Shown: positions 23,416 to 32,901 of the stretch, piece after piece
Layout of the letters: every line of letters starts with the position of its first letter
How positions within the stretch are numbered: position 1 is the stretch's first letter
Assembly (NCBI GenBank): GCA_943357975.1
Contig: CALRGS010000001.1
Span: 1 to 59,136 of the forward strand
From: Candidatus Nomurabacteria bacterium
GTDB taxonomy: Bacteria > Patescibacteriota > Minisyncoccia > Phycocordibacterales > UBA1006
Reading direction: 5' to 3'
DNA: 59,136 bases
Translations under genes and position numbers: made by a program
Notes under the pieces: generated by a model
Database searches by the model: none
The model's input: the letters and a program-made list of their open reading frames with translations, nothing else
What the model was told of the DNA's origin: nothing

Positions 23416-23964
23416 TCAAAGATGATTTGAATCTTCCATTCCATTAATTTCCCTGAGGAAACGCATCATACTACCAAATCCACCAATTCCTTTGTTGATT
23501 AAAAAATTCAACAAAGGCACACCGTTCATGATACCGGCAAACCAGTAAAATCCATAAACCCAGTAAGACTGGAGTGCAAAAATGCCGATAAACAACATCA
23601 GGATTGGGGTAAGCATGATGGGTACTACCCAAAATTTTTCCTCAGCAATTTTTTCACCGAGAAAAAAATTAATAGTTGGTCCGTTATTTTTACCAAATTC
23701 CCAAACATCCATAAAGCCGGCCAATCCTAATGCTATCACGAATGCAGGGAAGCCTGCCTCTGGGGAACCTGCTCCAAGTGGGCCGCGAAAAAATAGATAG
23801 AAAAATGGACCTGTAAGTAAACCGACCATGCAGGTGTACATGATCATGAGCGAACCTACGCCATGCTCTGCAAGCAACGACTTCTTCCATCTGTAGACTA
23901 TGAAGGTAAATACAAACAAAGTAATAACTGCAATAGTAGACGAGGCATCAATTTCTGGTGACAT
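23416..23964 (-). CDS. hypothetical polytopic membrane protein
   Basis: ORF trimmed to ATG 23964 (MSPEIDASS..); about 5 TM helices. Confidence 0.6.
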   Translation of the reverse strand: MSPEIDASSTIAVITLFVFTFIVYRWKKSLLAEHGVGSLMIMYTCMVGLLTGPFFYLFFRGPLGAGSPEAGFPAFVIALGLAGFMDVWEFGKNNGPTINFFLGEKIAEEKFWVVPIMLTPILMLFIGIFALQSYWVYGFYWFAGIMNGVPLLNFLINKGIGGFGSMMRFLREINGMEDSNHL

Positions 23965-24024
23965 GGTATGTAATTTTAAGGTTTTCGAAATATGTTTAAA
24001 AAAACAATACCACAAAAGTACTCC

Positions 24025-25281
24025 CTAGTCTACTACTTCTACATCATCTGAACTTACTGGTAATACCCTCCTCCAGAATGGCCTCATGTTAATTTTATAT
24101 GCATCTATCTCTTGCGTTTGACTCATATATTTTTTAACATCCTTCCGTGAAAGGCCCAAGACCTTCTCCTTGATTATTTTCGTATCAAGTAATCCAAACA
24201 CTATCGGGGTTCCTGTAATGCGAACCTGCATCTTCTGTGGAATTGGCTGTCCTGCAACAATATTATTTACCATCGCTGTTGCACCAGCAAAACTTTTCAA
24301 GGTGAGGCTGAGGTCTTTTTGAGTTCCCAAACTATTCCCCATGGCTCGGGCAATATCACTACGGTTTACTACCAAAATAGTAACGGTCTGACTCGCAATA
24401 ACATGAACCCCATCCTCATGCTTGGGATCTAACGTGATTGAAACAGGATTTTCAGGAAGCGTGAGTGGTAATGCGATCATAGTATCTGGAACTTGTTCAG
24501 AAAGTCGCGCGATCAATGTTTGGTTATTTGAAAATTCTTTTTTCAGACTTTCTGTCATTGCGGTAATCATTGTAGGGTCACCTACAGCATCAGCATCACT
24601 AGTCCCCCCAGCCATTTCTGTCACCGAATGCATAGTAATACCCGTTAATGTTTTTGAGGGTTTTGAAAAAGTAAAATCATCCAATCCATTATTCCCATCT
24701 GCACCAGCCTCTACCGCAGTTACAACCACATCAATTTGTCCTGGGTTTTTTGCGCCCTTGGGTGGAATGGTACTCGTTTTTAAAACGGTATATTTTTTAC
24801 CAGTACTTGAAACAATCTCTGTTTTTGCAGGAATAGTTTTTACGCTCGTATTTGTATTAAAAAATTTCACGGTACCAGATGCTTTTACTTCACTCATTGC
24901 ACGACCGATACTTGGCACCACTTTTTCGCTGGTAAATGTTTTGGTAGCGGTCCCGAAAAAGACTCCTGCGTTATGAGTTTGTGTAAGATTGATAGTAGCA
25001 TCAACTGGTCCAGTAAATTGTTTTGGTGTTACCACAACTTCTGCATGGGTAAATAGTCCTCCAACTCCAACAACGAGCGCCAGTAGACATACTATCGCAA
25101 CTCCCCATAGTAAACATCCCGAACGATTACGTACGGGTCGTTCCTGGTCATTGAACATAATCAGATCTTCTTCTAATTGGAGTACAGGTTCAGGCGCCCT
25201 CAAAACCTGCTTTTTTACGACAGTTTTTTTTACTCCAACCATATCGCTCATGACACGATTCTTCTTATCCATAATTTTCAA
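24025..25281 (-). CDS. hypothetical membrane-anchored protein with a large extracytoplasmic domain
   Basis: 418-aa ORF with one TM helix (LLWGVAIVCLLALVVGVGGLF). It overlaps the stop of the upstream actin-fold gene. The start is uncertain (25281, 25272 or 25251). Confidence 0.6.
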   Translation of the reverse strand: MKIMDKKNRVMSDMVGVKKTVVKKQVLRAPEPVLQLEEDLIMFNDQERPVRNRSGCLLWGVAIVCLLALVVGVGGLFTHAEVVVTPKQFTGPVDATINLTQTHNAGVFFGTATKTFTSEKVVPSIGRAMSEVKASGTVKFFNTNTSVKTIPAKTEIVSSTGKKYTVLKTSTIPPKGAKNPGQIDVVVTAVEAGADGNNGLDDFTFSKPSKTLTGITMHSVTEMAGGTSDADAVGDPTMITAMTESLKKEFSNNQTLIARLSEQVPDTMIALPLTLPENPVSITLDPKHEDGVHVIASQTVTILVVNRSDIARAMGNSLGTQKDLSLTLKSFAGATAMVNNIVAGQPIPQKMQVRITGTPIVFGLLDTKIIKEKVLGLSRKDVKKYMSQTQEIDAYKINMRPFWRRVLPVSSDDVEVVD

Positions 25282-26416
25282 GTGCTGCTAAAATCGCAAG
25301 TGAGAGAGGAATATTTTTAATTCGTGCCTCATGGGTGTAAACAATGTGCTCATTAAACATATCGCGATGAGGAATAACCACCGAAGACTCTGTGTCTGCT
25401 TCCAAAAATGGCCTCAGGATTGAAATCCATGCGGGACTCGCGATCAAAAATACTGGACCAGGGATATTCCCTACTTGTTTTTTAATGCGAAGAATACCCA
25501 GGCGAATTTCGCTACTCAAATTTTTATAAGCAGCTTCAATTCGTTTGTAATAAATATCTCGTTCATGTTCAAGGAGTTTTTCGTCACTTGCAAATTTCAT
25601 TACTGATGCAACATGTGCATGATTTACTCCGAACAAATACGCAATCGCGTCTTCAAATTCAGCGAGTCCATTATTTATTTTTTCTGAATGACCCAGGACT
25701 CCTTGATCAAACAATGAGAGGGTTGATGATATCCCACCTACGGTGAATACCGATGCATTACTTTGGTGTTTAACCAGGTTCGAGAGAGTTCCTTCCATGC
25801 TCATAAATGAAATATCGACACGATGAAAAACATCCGCATAAGCTCCCATAATCATTTCAATAATATATGCAGGTGCAAGCGAAGTACTCACATGAAGTTC
25901 CACAGATTTTGCAAGCATCCCCAACGGACTTGGGACAGGATATCCATTGATCGTAGCCCTTGGTTGAGTGCTGTGCATAATTCCCCATTCTTGATCCTTG
26001 GCATAGTCCCGGACCGCTTCCTGTTCAAATAATCGCGAATCACGAAGCACTGCTTCATCAATAATTTTCTGAGTAATTTTAAACGGTTTTGGTTTTTCAA
26101 TATTAAGAGCACGAGTCTTTGTCATTGACCAAGGTTCACCTACAACACAGACAATCTTGTCATAATTCCCGTGTATCATACGACACTTCTCGAGTACTTT
26201 TTTAATTTCAATTTCTACCAAGTATTCAAACCCCTCGTTCCCATTGGCACGATGATGCGGGACTTTTTCCTCACACGAAAACAATACGATGGGTTTCGCC
26301 ACCGCACCTTCACGGTGATACGTTCGCACTACTGCAGCGGTCACCGAGTAACTAGTTACCACCAGCACGCACAGTGTTTGTTCTTCCTTGAGTTTGTTCT
26401 GGAGAAAAGAAAACAT
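25265..26416 (-). CDS. actin-fold (FtsA/PilM-like) protein with degenerate phosphate-binding motifs
   Basis: TVGGISSTLSLF resembles the DIGGGTTD phosphate-2 motif, and the size is about 383 aa. The start is uncertain (26416 or 26446). Confidence 0.45.
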   Translation of the reverse strand: MFSFLQNKLKEEQTLCVLVVTSYSVTAAVVRTYHREGAVAKPIVLFSCEEKVPHHRANGNEGFEYLVEIEIKKVLEKCRMIHGNYDKIVCVVGEPWSMTKTRALNIEKPKPFKITQKIIDEAVLRDSRLFEQEAVRDYAKDQEWGIMHSTQPRATINGYPVPSPLGMLAKSVELHVSTSLAPAYIIEMIMGAYADVFHRVDISFMSMEGTLSNLVKHQSNASVFTVGGISSTLSLFDQGVLGHSEKINNGLAEFEDAIAYLFGVNHAHVASVMKFASDEKLLEHERDIYYKRIEAAYKNLSSEIRLGILRIKKQVGNIPGPVFLIASPAWISILRPFLEADTESSVVIPHRDMFNEHIVYTHEARIKNIPLSLAILAALENYG

Positions 26417-26439
26417 GTATATAGTATAAACCAGTATGC

Positions 26440-26468
26440 TTGACATGGGAAGGGTTTGGGCGTAATGT
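26440..26468 (+). promoter_or_regulatory. predicted promoter of the 26494..26910 gene
   Basis: TTGACA(26440-26445)-17-TAATGT(26463-26468). Confidence 0.5.
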
Positions 26469-26493
26469 CTGAGTAAATCAAAACAAGAATGCT

Positions 26494-26910
26494 ATGAGTA
26501 AAAAACTGACTTTATCTATGAACCCCAGTATAGAAAAACTATGGGCTACAAATTTAAAATTGATTGTTGGGCAACTACAGGTACACTTCGGGAAAGATTT
26601 CATCATAACTTATGAAAACGGTTTTTCACGATCAGCAGGAACCCTTCTTTGGATTAATGGAAAGGAATCAACCAGAAAGACCCTCGAGGACAGAGGATGT
26701 GCACGTTGGGTTAATGTGAAAATTGATCATTTCCGTAATGAAAAAACCACCCTGGAAACAGTTGTAACGCTTTGTCATCCCGTAGAAAAAAACATCTCTC
26801 GAAGACTTCAAACGAAATATCTGCTGAGCAAAAGACTCCAAAATGCAATTACGTCATTTATTACAGATGGTAGGTCCGAAAAATTACTAGGAATCATTGG
26901 ATCTGGATGA
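26494..26910 (+). CDS. hypothetical protein (138 aa)
   Basis: ORF with an upstream promoter and a downstream bidirectional terminator (about 26915..26945). Confidence 0.55.
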   Translation: MSKKLTLSMNPSIEKLWATNLKLIVGQLQVHFGKDFIITYENGFSRSAGTLLWINGKESTRKTLEDRGCARWVNVKIDHFRNEKTTLETVVTLCHPVEKNISRRLQTKYLLSKRLQNAITSFITDGRSEKLLGIIGSG

Positions 26911-26953
26911 CAACAAAAAAGCCCTGCTTTCGTGGGGCTTTTTTATTATGAAA

Positions 26954-28696
26954 TTATTCAATCACTGCCTTAATTCTTCGCACCCCCGCACTACTTGCCT
27001 CTTCTTTTTGAATCTTGAATTTTCCAATTTCAGACGTATTGGTCACATGGGGGCCTCCACAGAACTCCTTGGATACATATTCATCGTTAGTATTTTGAAT
27101 CGTATACACAGAAACAATATCTGGATACTTCGCGCCGAATTCCATTTCTGCACCAAGCTTCTCGGCTTCCTCGCGAGGCATTTCTCGGCGCACTACGGGA
27201 AGTTTTGCTTCAATCCAAGAATTTACTAATGTTTCAACTTTCTGTAATTCTTCTGGGGTAACCTTACGATCAAAACTAAAATCCATACGGAGGCGTTCTT
27301 CGGTAATATTACTTCCTCGTTGGTGAATATTTTTATCAACCACTTCTTGTAATGCAGCAAGGAGTAAGTGATGGGCGGTGTGCAATTTCACCGTTGCTTC
27401 ATTGGTATTTGCCAAACCTCCCTTAAATTTTTGTTCTGAGCCGGAACGAGAAAGGTCTTGGTGAGCTTTCATTTTTACATCAAAATCTGCACGATCAATT
27501 GCAATTCCTTTTTCCTTTGCAAGCTCTTCGGTTAATTCGATTGGGAAACCATACGTTGTCGCCAAGAGGAATGGGTCTACGCCTTTTTCGAATTCTTTAA
27601 GTCCTGCATCAAGGGTCTTAGTAAATTTGGTTACCTCTTGATTGAAAATTTCAGAAATCTTGTTTTTTTCTATGTTGTAAATCGACTCGTACTTCTCAGT
27701 AATTGCACTAATTACTTGAGTATAACTTTCTTGAGAAAGTCCGAGCTGTCCTACTCGAAAGGCAGCCCTTCGAATAATTCGACGAAGCACATATCCTCGA
27801 TCTTTGTTTGATGGGAAAACACCATCCGCAATCATAAATGTTGCCGTTCTCAAATGATCCGTAATAATTCGAGCTGAACGCTCGCCATAGTTCACAGACC
27901 CTGATTTCACCATCTCCATAACACCTGACAATATGTCCGTATCATACGCTGTATTTTTTCCTTGCATCACTGCAGTAATACGTTCAAGTCCTGCACCAGT
28001 ATCCACATTCTTCTGAGAAAGCTTACCAATGACCTTGCCATCCTTTTTCTCATACTCCATAAACACATCGTTCCAAATTTCAATAAAGGTCTCCTTTTTT
28101 ACTTGTTCAACAAAAGACTCCTTAGAAATTTCTTGTCCGAGAAAATCACCATTCATATCATAAAACATTTCAGAGCACGGACCACATGGACCATTATCCC
28201 CTGGACTCCACCAATTATCCTCCGCAGGTAATGCAAAAATACGATGCTCAGGAATTCCGAGACTCATCCAAATGTCTTTTGATTCTTGATCAAACGGAGC
28301 ATTTTCATCGCCTTCAAAGAGAGTTACTGCGAGCCGCGCAGGATCAAGCCCAAGACCTTCTTCCTTACTAGTCAAGAATTCATAACTCCAAGAAATTGCT
28401 TCTTGTTTAAAATAGTCTCCTAATGACCAGTTCCCCAACATTTCAAAAAATGAAAAGTGTCGATTATCACCAATATCTTCGAGATCCCCTGTTCGTACAC
28501 ATTTCTGACAACTAGCAAGGCGTGCCCCTAGTGGATGTTTCTGTCCCATGAGATACGGAACGAGTGGCTGCATTCCTGCAGTATTAAAAAGCACCGAAGG
28601 ATCATTTTCTGGGACAAGACTCGCGCTTGGCAAAATCGCATGCCCTCGCTTGGCAAAGAAATCAAGGAATCGCTTACGTATTTCAGAACTCGTCAT
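26954..28696 (-). CDS. alaS: alanine--tRNA ligase, short form (catalytic and editing domains, no C-Ala domain)
   Basis: 580 aa. N-terminus MTSSEIRKRFLDFFAKRGH..FNTAGMQP; editing HxxxH (HTAHHLL) and CGGPHV motifs near the C-terminus. Confidence 0.9.
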   Translation of the reverse strand: MTSSEIRKRFLDFFAKRGHAILPSASLVPENDPSVLFNTAGMQPLVPYLMGQKHPLGARLASCQKCVRTGDLEDIGDNRHFSFFEMLGNWSLGDYFKQEAISWSYEFLTSKEEGLGLDPARLAVTLFEGDENAPFDQESKDIWMSLGIPEHRIFALPAEDNWWSPGDNGPCGPCSEMFYDMNGDFLGQEISKESFVEQVKKETFIEIWNDVFMEYEKKDGKVIGKLSQKNVDTGAGLERITAVMQGKNTAYDTDILSGVMEMVKSGSVNYGERSARIITDHLRTATFMIADGVFPSNKDRGYVLRRIIRRAAFRVGQLGLSQESYTQVISAITEKYESIYNIEKNKISEIFNQEVTKFTKTLDAGLKEFEKGVDPFLLATTYGFPIELTEELAKEKGIAIDRADFDVKMKAHQDLSRSGSEQKFKGGLANTNEATVKLHTAHHLLLAALQEVVDKNIHQRGSNITEERLRMDFSFDRKVTPEELQKVETLVNSWIEAKLPVVRREMPREEAEKLGAEMEFGAKYPDIVSVYTIQNTNDEYVSKEFCGGPHVTNTSEIGKFKIQKEEASSAGVRRIKAVIE

Positions 28697-28786
28697 AATA
28701 GGTCTACTTTAGCAGATTTTGAGCAATAAAAAAAGCGCTCGCTAGACGCTTTTAAAACCAAAGAACCAGGTCAGTAAGCCACATCA

Positions 28787-29173
28787 TCAAACCCTAACAC
28801 CTTCATTAATCCAAAGAACCAAACAGTGAAGCTCTGTATCTTCTTTGAATTTCACTAAGATACTGTTCCTTGTATTTTCATACACCGAGAAACTATCCCC
28901 CTTATGGTCAATTATGCCTGTTCCAAAAGTTACCAGCTGGAAACTTTCAAGATTGTTGAAAGGTTTTGGAGAAATAATACGATACAACTTATCTTTTTTG
29001 AAAGAAAACTTCTTTTCTATTATCATTTTTGTATCAAAAACTTCTATAAGAACAACGTCTTCTTCATTACCTCTCGTTTTTTCAAATAACTGATTCTGAC
29101 TAGTGATGATTTCGGCCTCTAAAGGAATCCTGCAGTATTTTCTAACCTCCTCTTCGTTAAAAATAATATCCAT
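28787..29173 (-). CDS. hypothetical protein (128 aa)
   Basis: ORF. Its promoter block 29236..29266 is duplicated at 29773..29804. Confidence 0.55.
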   Translation of the reverse strand: MDIIFNEEEVRKYCRIPLEAEIITSQNQLFEKTRGNEEDVVLIEVFDTKMIIEKKFSFKKDKLYRIISPKPFNNLESFQLVTFGTGIIDHKGDSFSVYENTRNSILVKFKEDTELHCLVLWINEGVRV

Positions 29174-29350
29174 ATTGCGTGCTTTAAAATTTTTTAGAAA
29201 TCCCCTCTTCGCTCAGGTGTGCGTTTTGTTTTACGATACCATCTTACAACAAAAAAGCAAGGTTCCTCTGTTGTGGCAATAAAAAAGGTGCCAGTTTCCC
29301 AGCACCCCTCGACACAGACCAATTCCGAGCGATCTGTATCACCTACGTAG

Positions 29351-29761
29351 TCACTTTTTTAATTCAGTAAGTTGAAAATTTGGGAAGTTTGTTCCGTCAA
29401 ATGGGATATGGAACACAATGGTTTCTAAAGTCTTACTCTCATCAGTACTATCCTCAATATAAAATTCACAACTGATGAACCTGTCTCCTTTCTCTGTAAT
29501 AACACGGACATCTGTGCGGTGCTTCTGCTTTGGTTTTGGTAGTGGTAAAGAGCCAGAAGAAGTCCCTAATGAACGGATGCGAAATGTATACACATTATTC
29601 ATAAACTTACCTGAAAGGACGTAGCCTTCGAGGAACTGCTTTACGAATAACACCTTTGCCTTGTCTTCTAATTTTTTGAAGTCGGCTTCATCTTCTGCGG
29701 TTTTTTCCATATTTTTTTTATTAATTCCTCTTTGCAAATCGCTGGCTGAGAAGTTTGCCAT
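29351..29761 (-). CDS. hypothetical protein (136 aa)
   Basis: ORF trimmed to MANFSASD.. because TGgTATTAT lies 8 nt upstream of ATG 29761. Confidence 0.55.
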   Translation of the reverse strand: MANFSASDLQRGINKKNMEKTAEDEADFKKLEDKAKVLFVKQFLEGYVLSGKFMNNVYTFRIRSLGTSSGSLPLPKPKQKHRTDVRVITEKGDRFISCEFYIEDSTDESKTLETIVFHIPFDGTNFPNFQLTELKK

Positions 29762-29823
29762 TTTCAAAAATAATACCATATTTAATCAAAAAAGCAAGGT
29801 TTCCCTTACTTTTTTTGAAAAAT

Positions 29824-31641
29824 CTATTTCTGCTTGGTGAGCCACTTTTTATATGTCGCTGCCATATCTTCAAAACTTTTCGCATTTGTGGCAACGACCT
29901 TCTTGCCATGAACCATTTTGATACTCGCATTAAGGCTCACTGGCTTCGTATAAGGTTTTACCTTTTTCATCTTTTCCACTCGCTCTTTGGCCACAGCAAT
30001 TCGTTGCGGAACTTTCATGGTTACATTTTTAACAAATGCTGCAGATGAAAGTTTCTTCCCCGTCGCAATCTTTACACACTCAGGAAAAGTTCTCGAAGAT
30101 CCCAGTTTCCACACATTCATCATTTCTTTACCAACATTCTTGTTATCTACAATATATCCATACTTGTTGTAGAAATATTCTCGCCACTGTGCCAGTGCAA
30201 GCTCAGCAAGTCCATATCCATGGTAGGAACAAGCACTCTCGAATGAATAAATATGAGGAACCCCCAGTAAACTTACTGAGTCTTCCGAGCGATCGAAAAA
30301 CTTTTTGTAGCACTGTTTTGCAATTTTAATTATTTTCTCTACGGTAAGGTTTTTAGTTTCGTAAGCTCTTCGCTCAAACTCCATCACATAATGAATCCCC
30401 ATCATATTAAGTGGAGCTAAGATTCCAATCTTTTCTACCTTGCGCACCATCAAGTCAAAGGGGTACGACACTCCTTGATCATTCTTCGCATACCGTGTTC
30501 GCCACTCGATACTTGAAAACATGGTGTCTAAAAACATACTCTGCGTTTCAGCCCAAGCAGTTGATGCTGGTGGATATTCCGTATTGATACATGCCTCGGT
30601 CTGAATTGAATTAATACGATCAGCTGCATGACCACCCTCGTGGAATAAGGTATGGAGTCCTTGGGCTCCGGAACCAACCTGGTTATACACCACATTGCAT
30701 GTAAAATTTGATGAGCCTTTGTGTATCACCCCACGCGCCTTGTACACGAGATTTGGATAATGACAAAATCCATTATTATATTTTCCATCTCGATCCAATA
30801 AATCAAGCTGTAGGTTCCCCGCCCTGTAATCAATACCTAGCGCAGAAAACGACCTCCCCCAACGTATCAGCGCATCATCGAATGGATAGTAAGGATCTTC
30901 TTCCTTAGTAAAGTTCCCTGCAAGCATGTACCCAGCGTTCCAGGGCTTACGCAGACCCTTCCATTCTTTTGCAGACTTCTCAAGTTTCCGAATATCGGCA
31001 AATGCGTATTTTGTTTTGTCATAAATTTCATCGAATAACTTAAACAGGTCTGATTTTTTCATCCCCTCTTCTGTTTCAAGTTTATAAGCATAAAAATCTT
31101 CGAAGCCAAGCTTCTGTGCAAATTTATTACGTAACCCAACAAGTTCCACATACTCATTCACATACTCCCCTGCTAATTTTTCTGTGGCCAAAAACAAAGC
31201 CTTGCGGAGGACTTCATTCGACTCTGTCCGAACCATCGCCCCCATTTTATTTTTTGAGGCTTTTACAAACTTTTTAGAAATAGGATCGATGTACCCTTCT
31301 CCTCGAGTTGTCTGCCCCTTATGAATTTTTGACTCAAGCTCATCGATTTCTTTTTTGATATCCAATACAGATTCTGGCATTTGATATTTAGAGAAAAACA
31401 GTTTCCAATAACCAAGGCGTTTTTTGTAATCGACTGATGCGGACTTGATATACCCATTTACCTGATCGGCCAAATTCCGATCTGCCCGAAATACGTCACG
31501 CGCACTCAGTGCTTTTTTCATTTTTTCATCTACCTTATGGTCACCCATATACGAAGCCCAAAACAGGCTCTCATACTCCGTATGCAACTTGGCACATGTT
31601 TCATTTAAATAATCTAAAAACTGAGAAATTTCTTTGTTCAT
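29824..31641 (-). CDS. M3-family oligoendopeptidase (PepF-like)
   Basis: HEGGH zinc motif (LFHEGGHAADR). ORF trimmed to MNKEISQF.. because TGtTATAAT lies 7 nt upstream of ATG 31641. Confidence 0.8.
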   Translation of the reverse strand: MNKEISQFLDYLNETCAKLHTEYESLFWASYMGDHKVDEKMKKALSARDVFRADRNLADQVNGYIKSASVDYKKRLGYWKLFFSKYQMPESVLDIKKEIDELESKIHKGQTTRGEGYIDPISKKFVKASKNKMGAMVRTESNEVLRKALFLATEKLAGEYVNEYVELVGLRNKFAQKLGFEDFYAYKLETEEGMKKSDLFKLFDEIYDKTKYAFADIRKLEKSAKEWKGLRKPWNAGYMLAGNFTKEEDPYYPFDDALIRWGRSFSALGIDYRAGNLQLDLLDRDGKYNNGFCHYPNLVYKARGVIHKGSSNFTCNVVYNQVGSGAQGLHTLFHEGGHAADRINSIQTEACINTEYPPASTAWAETQSMFLDTMFSSIEWRTRYAKNDQGVSYPFDLMVRKVEKIGILAPLNMMGIHYVMEFERRAYETKNLTVEKIIKIAKQCYKKFFDRSEDSVSLLGVPHIYSFESACSYHGYGLAELALAQWREYFYNKYGYIVDNKNVGKEMMNVWKLGSSRTFPECVKIATGKKLSSAAFVKNVTMKVPQRIAVAKERVEKMKKVKPYTKPVSLNASIKMVHGKKVVATNAKSFEDMAATYKKWLTKQK

Positions 31642-31714
31642 AGGGCTGATTATAACAGTTTTAGACAAGAAAAAAAGCGTTGCCGAGTACTCGACAACGC
31701 CCCATTTTTAAGCT

Positions 31715-32272
31715 TTAATTTTTACGAAATCTTGAAATCTTACCCCAATAAGTTTTAAGATCTACCTGGTCACTTAATTGATAGATTGGAACAATCCTTC
31801 CAGCGGACTTGAGGTCTCTCTGAAAGTTTTTTAAATCCTCTGCCGAGTTTATATTTCTCACTTCAGAATTAAAAAATTGTTGCCCTAACTGACTCAGGCT
31901 TGTTCTCACCTTGGAATAATCCTTATCAACAAAACTCCAAATGTCATAGGTATCTCCACTCTGTCTTCCATACTCCACCATATACTTCAAGAGCATATCA
32001 GTTATTAAGCCTAAATCAGAAAGATTCCGAGCCGTATCGAGGGCATGAGAAGCCTCAATATAAACGATTTGTGCTTTGAGGTTATTTATGACATATTGAC
32101 GATTCACATCTCTTTCTTGCGCCTTTTTCTGCAATTCTTGCAGGGTATCCATTTTTTCCTTTTCGAATACTTCCGCGTGTTTTTGTCTGTCTGATCTTAC
32201 AAAGATTACTCCAACGATAAGACCTAACATTATTCCGAATATTGTGAAAGTAATTTTTTGTTTGTTTTTCAT
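31715..32272 (-). CDS. hypothetical membrane-anchored protein (185 aa)
   Basis: ORF trimmed to MKNKQKITFTIFGIMLG.. (ATG 32272); one N-terminal TM helix. Confidence 0.55.
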   Translation of the reverse strand: MKNKQKITFTIFGIMLGLIVGVIFVRSDRQKHAEVFEKEKMDTLQELQKKAQERDVNRQYVINNLKAQIVYIEASHALDTARNLSDLGLITDMLLKYMVEYGRQSGDTYDIWSFVDKDYSKVRTSLSQLGQQFFNSEVRNINSAEDLKNFQRDLKSAGRIVPIYQLSDQVDLKTYWGKISRFRKN

Positions 32273-32349
32273 TTTTAAAAGAATTGTTTTGCTCGTATCA
32301 GACGAAGCTCGCCGAGAAGGTTTTGCCAAAGCGGCATCAGGAAATCTTC
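32273..32349 (-). promoter_or_regulatory. conserved two-hairpin leader, copy 1 (upstream of 31715..32272)
   Basis: Alignable with 32747..32822. Hairpin 1 is 32316-32349 and hairpin 2 is 32291-32308. Confidence 0.5.
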
Positions 32350-32368
32350 AGTAACCCTTACAAAAAAA

Positions 32369-32746
32369 TTAGAAGTAACCCGTAACGATTTCACTGTAAT
32401 CCAAATGATCCAGTCGATAAATAGTTACATGGTCATCCGTACTAGTTACGATAAAGTGCGTGTAGTTCTTAATTTCATCCTCCTTAAACTTCAAACGTTG
32501 TAAAGAATCCGAATAAGAACCAGTATCATCACCTCTCGATGGGACTTTATAAAATTCCATTGAAGGACCCCAAAGAGTTGCTGCCGTTTCAGTGTTACGA
32601 AATTTATTATCGAGAGGGGCTCTTTTTCCCCGCTCAATTTCAATATTTTTTACACCCACACTATCGTAGTAAAACGCAAGAACTGCATCTCCGGCCTGAG
32701 CCAGATTTTTAACAGTCTTGATCTTCTTAAACAATATATCTTTCAT
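32369..32746 (-). CDS. hypothetical protein (125 aa)
   Basis: ORF trimmed to ATG 32746 (MKDILFKK..). Confidence 0.55.
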   Translation of the reverse strand: MKDILFKKIKTVKNLAQAGDAVLAFYYDSVGVKNIEIERGKRAPLDNKFRNTETAATLWGPSMEFYKVPSRGDDTGSYSDSLQRLKFKEDEIKNYTHFIVTSTDDHVTIYRLDHLDYSEIVTGYF

Positions 32747-32822
32747 TTTCAAAGATTTTAGCCAACCGGAGGCTTACCGAGAGAATTTTACCAAGATGGC
32801 GTAAGGGAATTCTCATTAACCA
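32747..32822 (-). promoter_or_regulatory. conserved two-hairpin leader, copy 2 (5' UTR of 32369..32746)
   Basis: Hairpin 1 GAGAAUU/AAUUCUC at 32781-32814; hairpin 2 AGCC/GGCU at 32760-32774. Lies downstream of promoter 32829..32857. Confidence 0.5.
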
Positions 32823-32828
32823 AACTAT

Positions 32829-32857
32829 ATCATAGCATATTTATAAAATTATGTCAA
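32829..32857 (-). promoter_or_regulatory. predicted promoter of the 32746 to 31715 gene pair
   Basis: Minus strand: TTGACA(32852-32857)-17-TGcTATGAT(32829-32837). Confidence 0.6.
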
Positions 32858-32870
32858 TTTATATTTCACC

Positions 32871-32901
32871 AAAAAAACCCGCCGATGAGGCGGGTTTTTT
32901 A
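32871..32901 (-). terminator. intrinsic terminator after the DUF1761-like gene
   Basis: ACCCGCC(32877-32883)/GGCGGGT(32889-32895) hairpin with flanking A/T runs. Confidence 0.75.
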
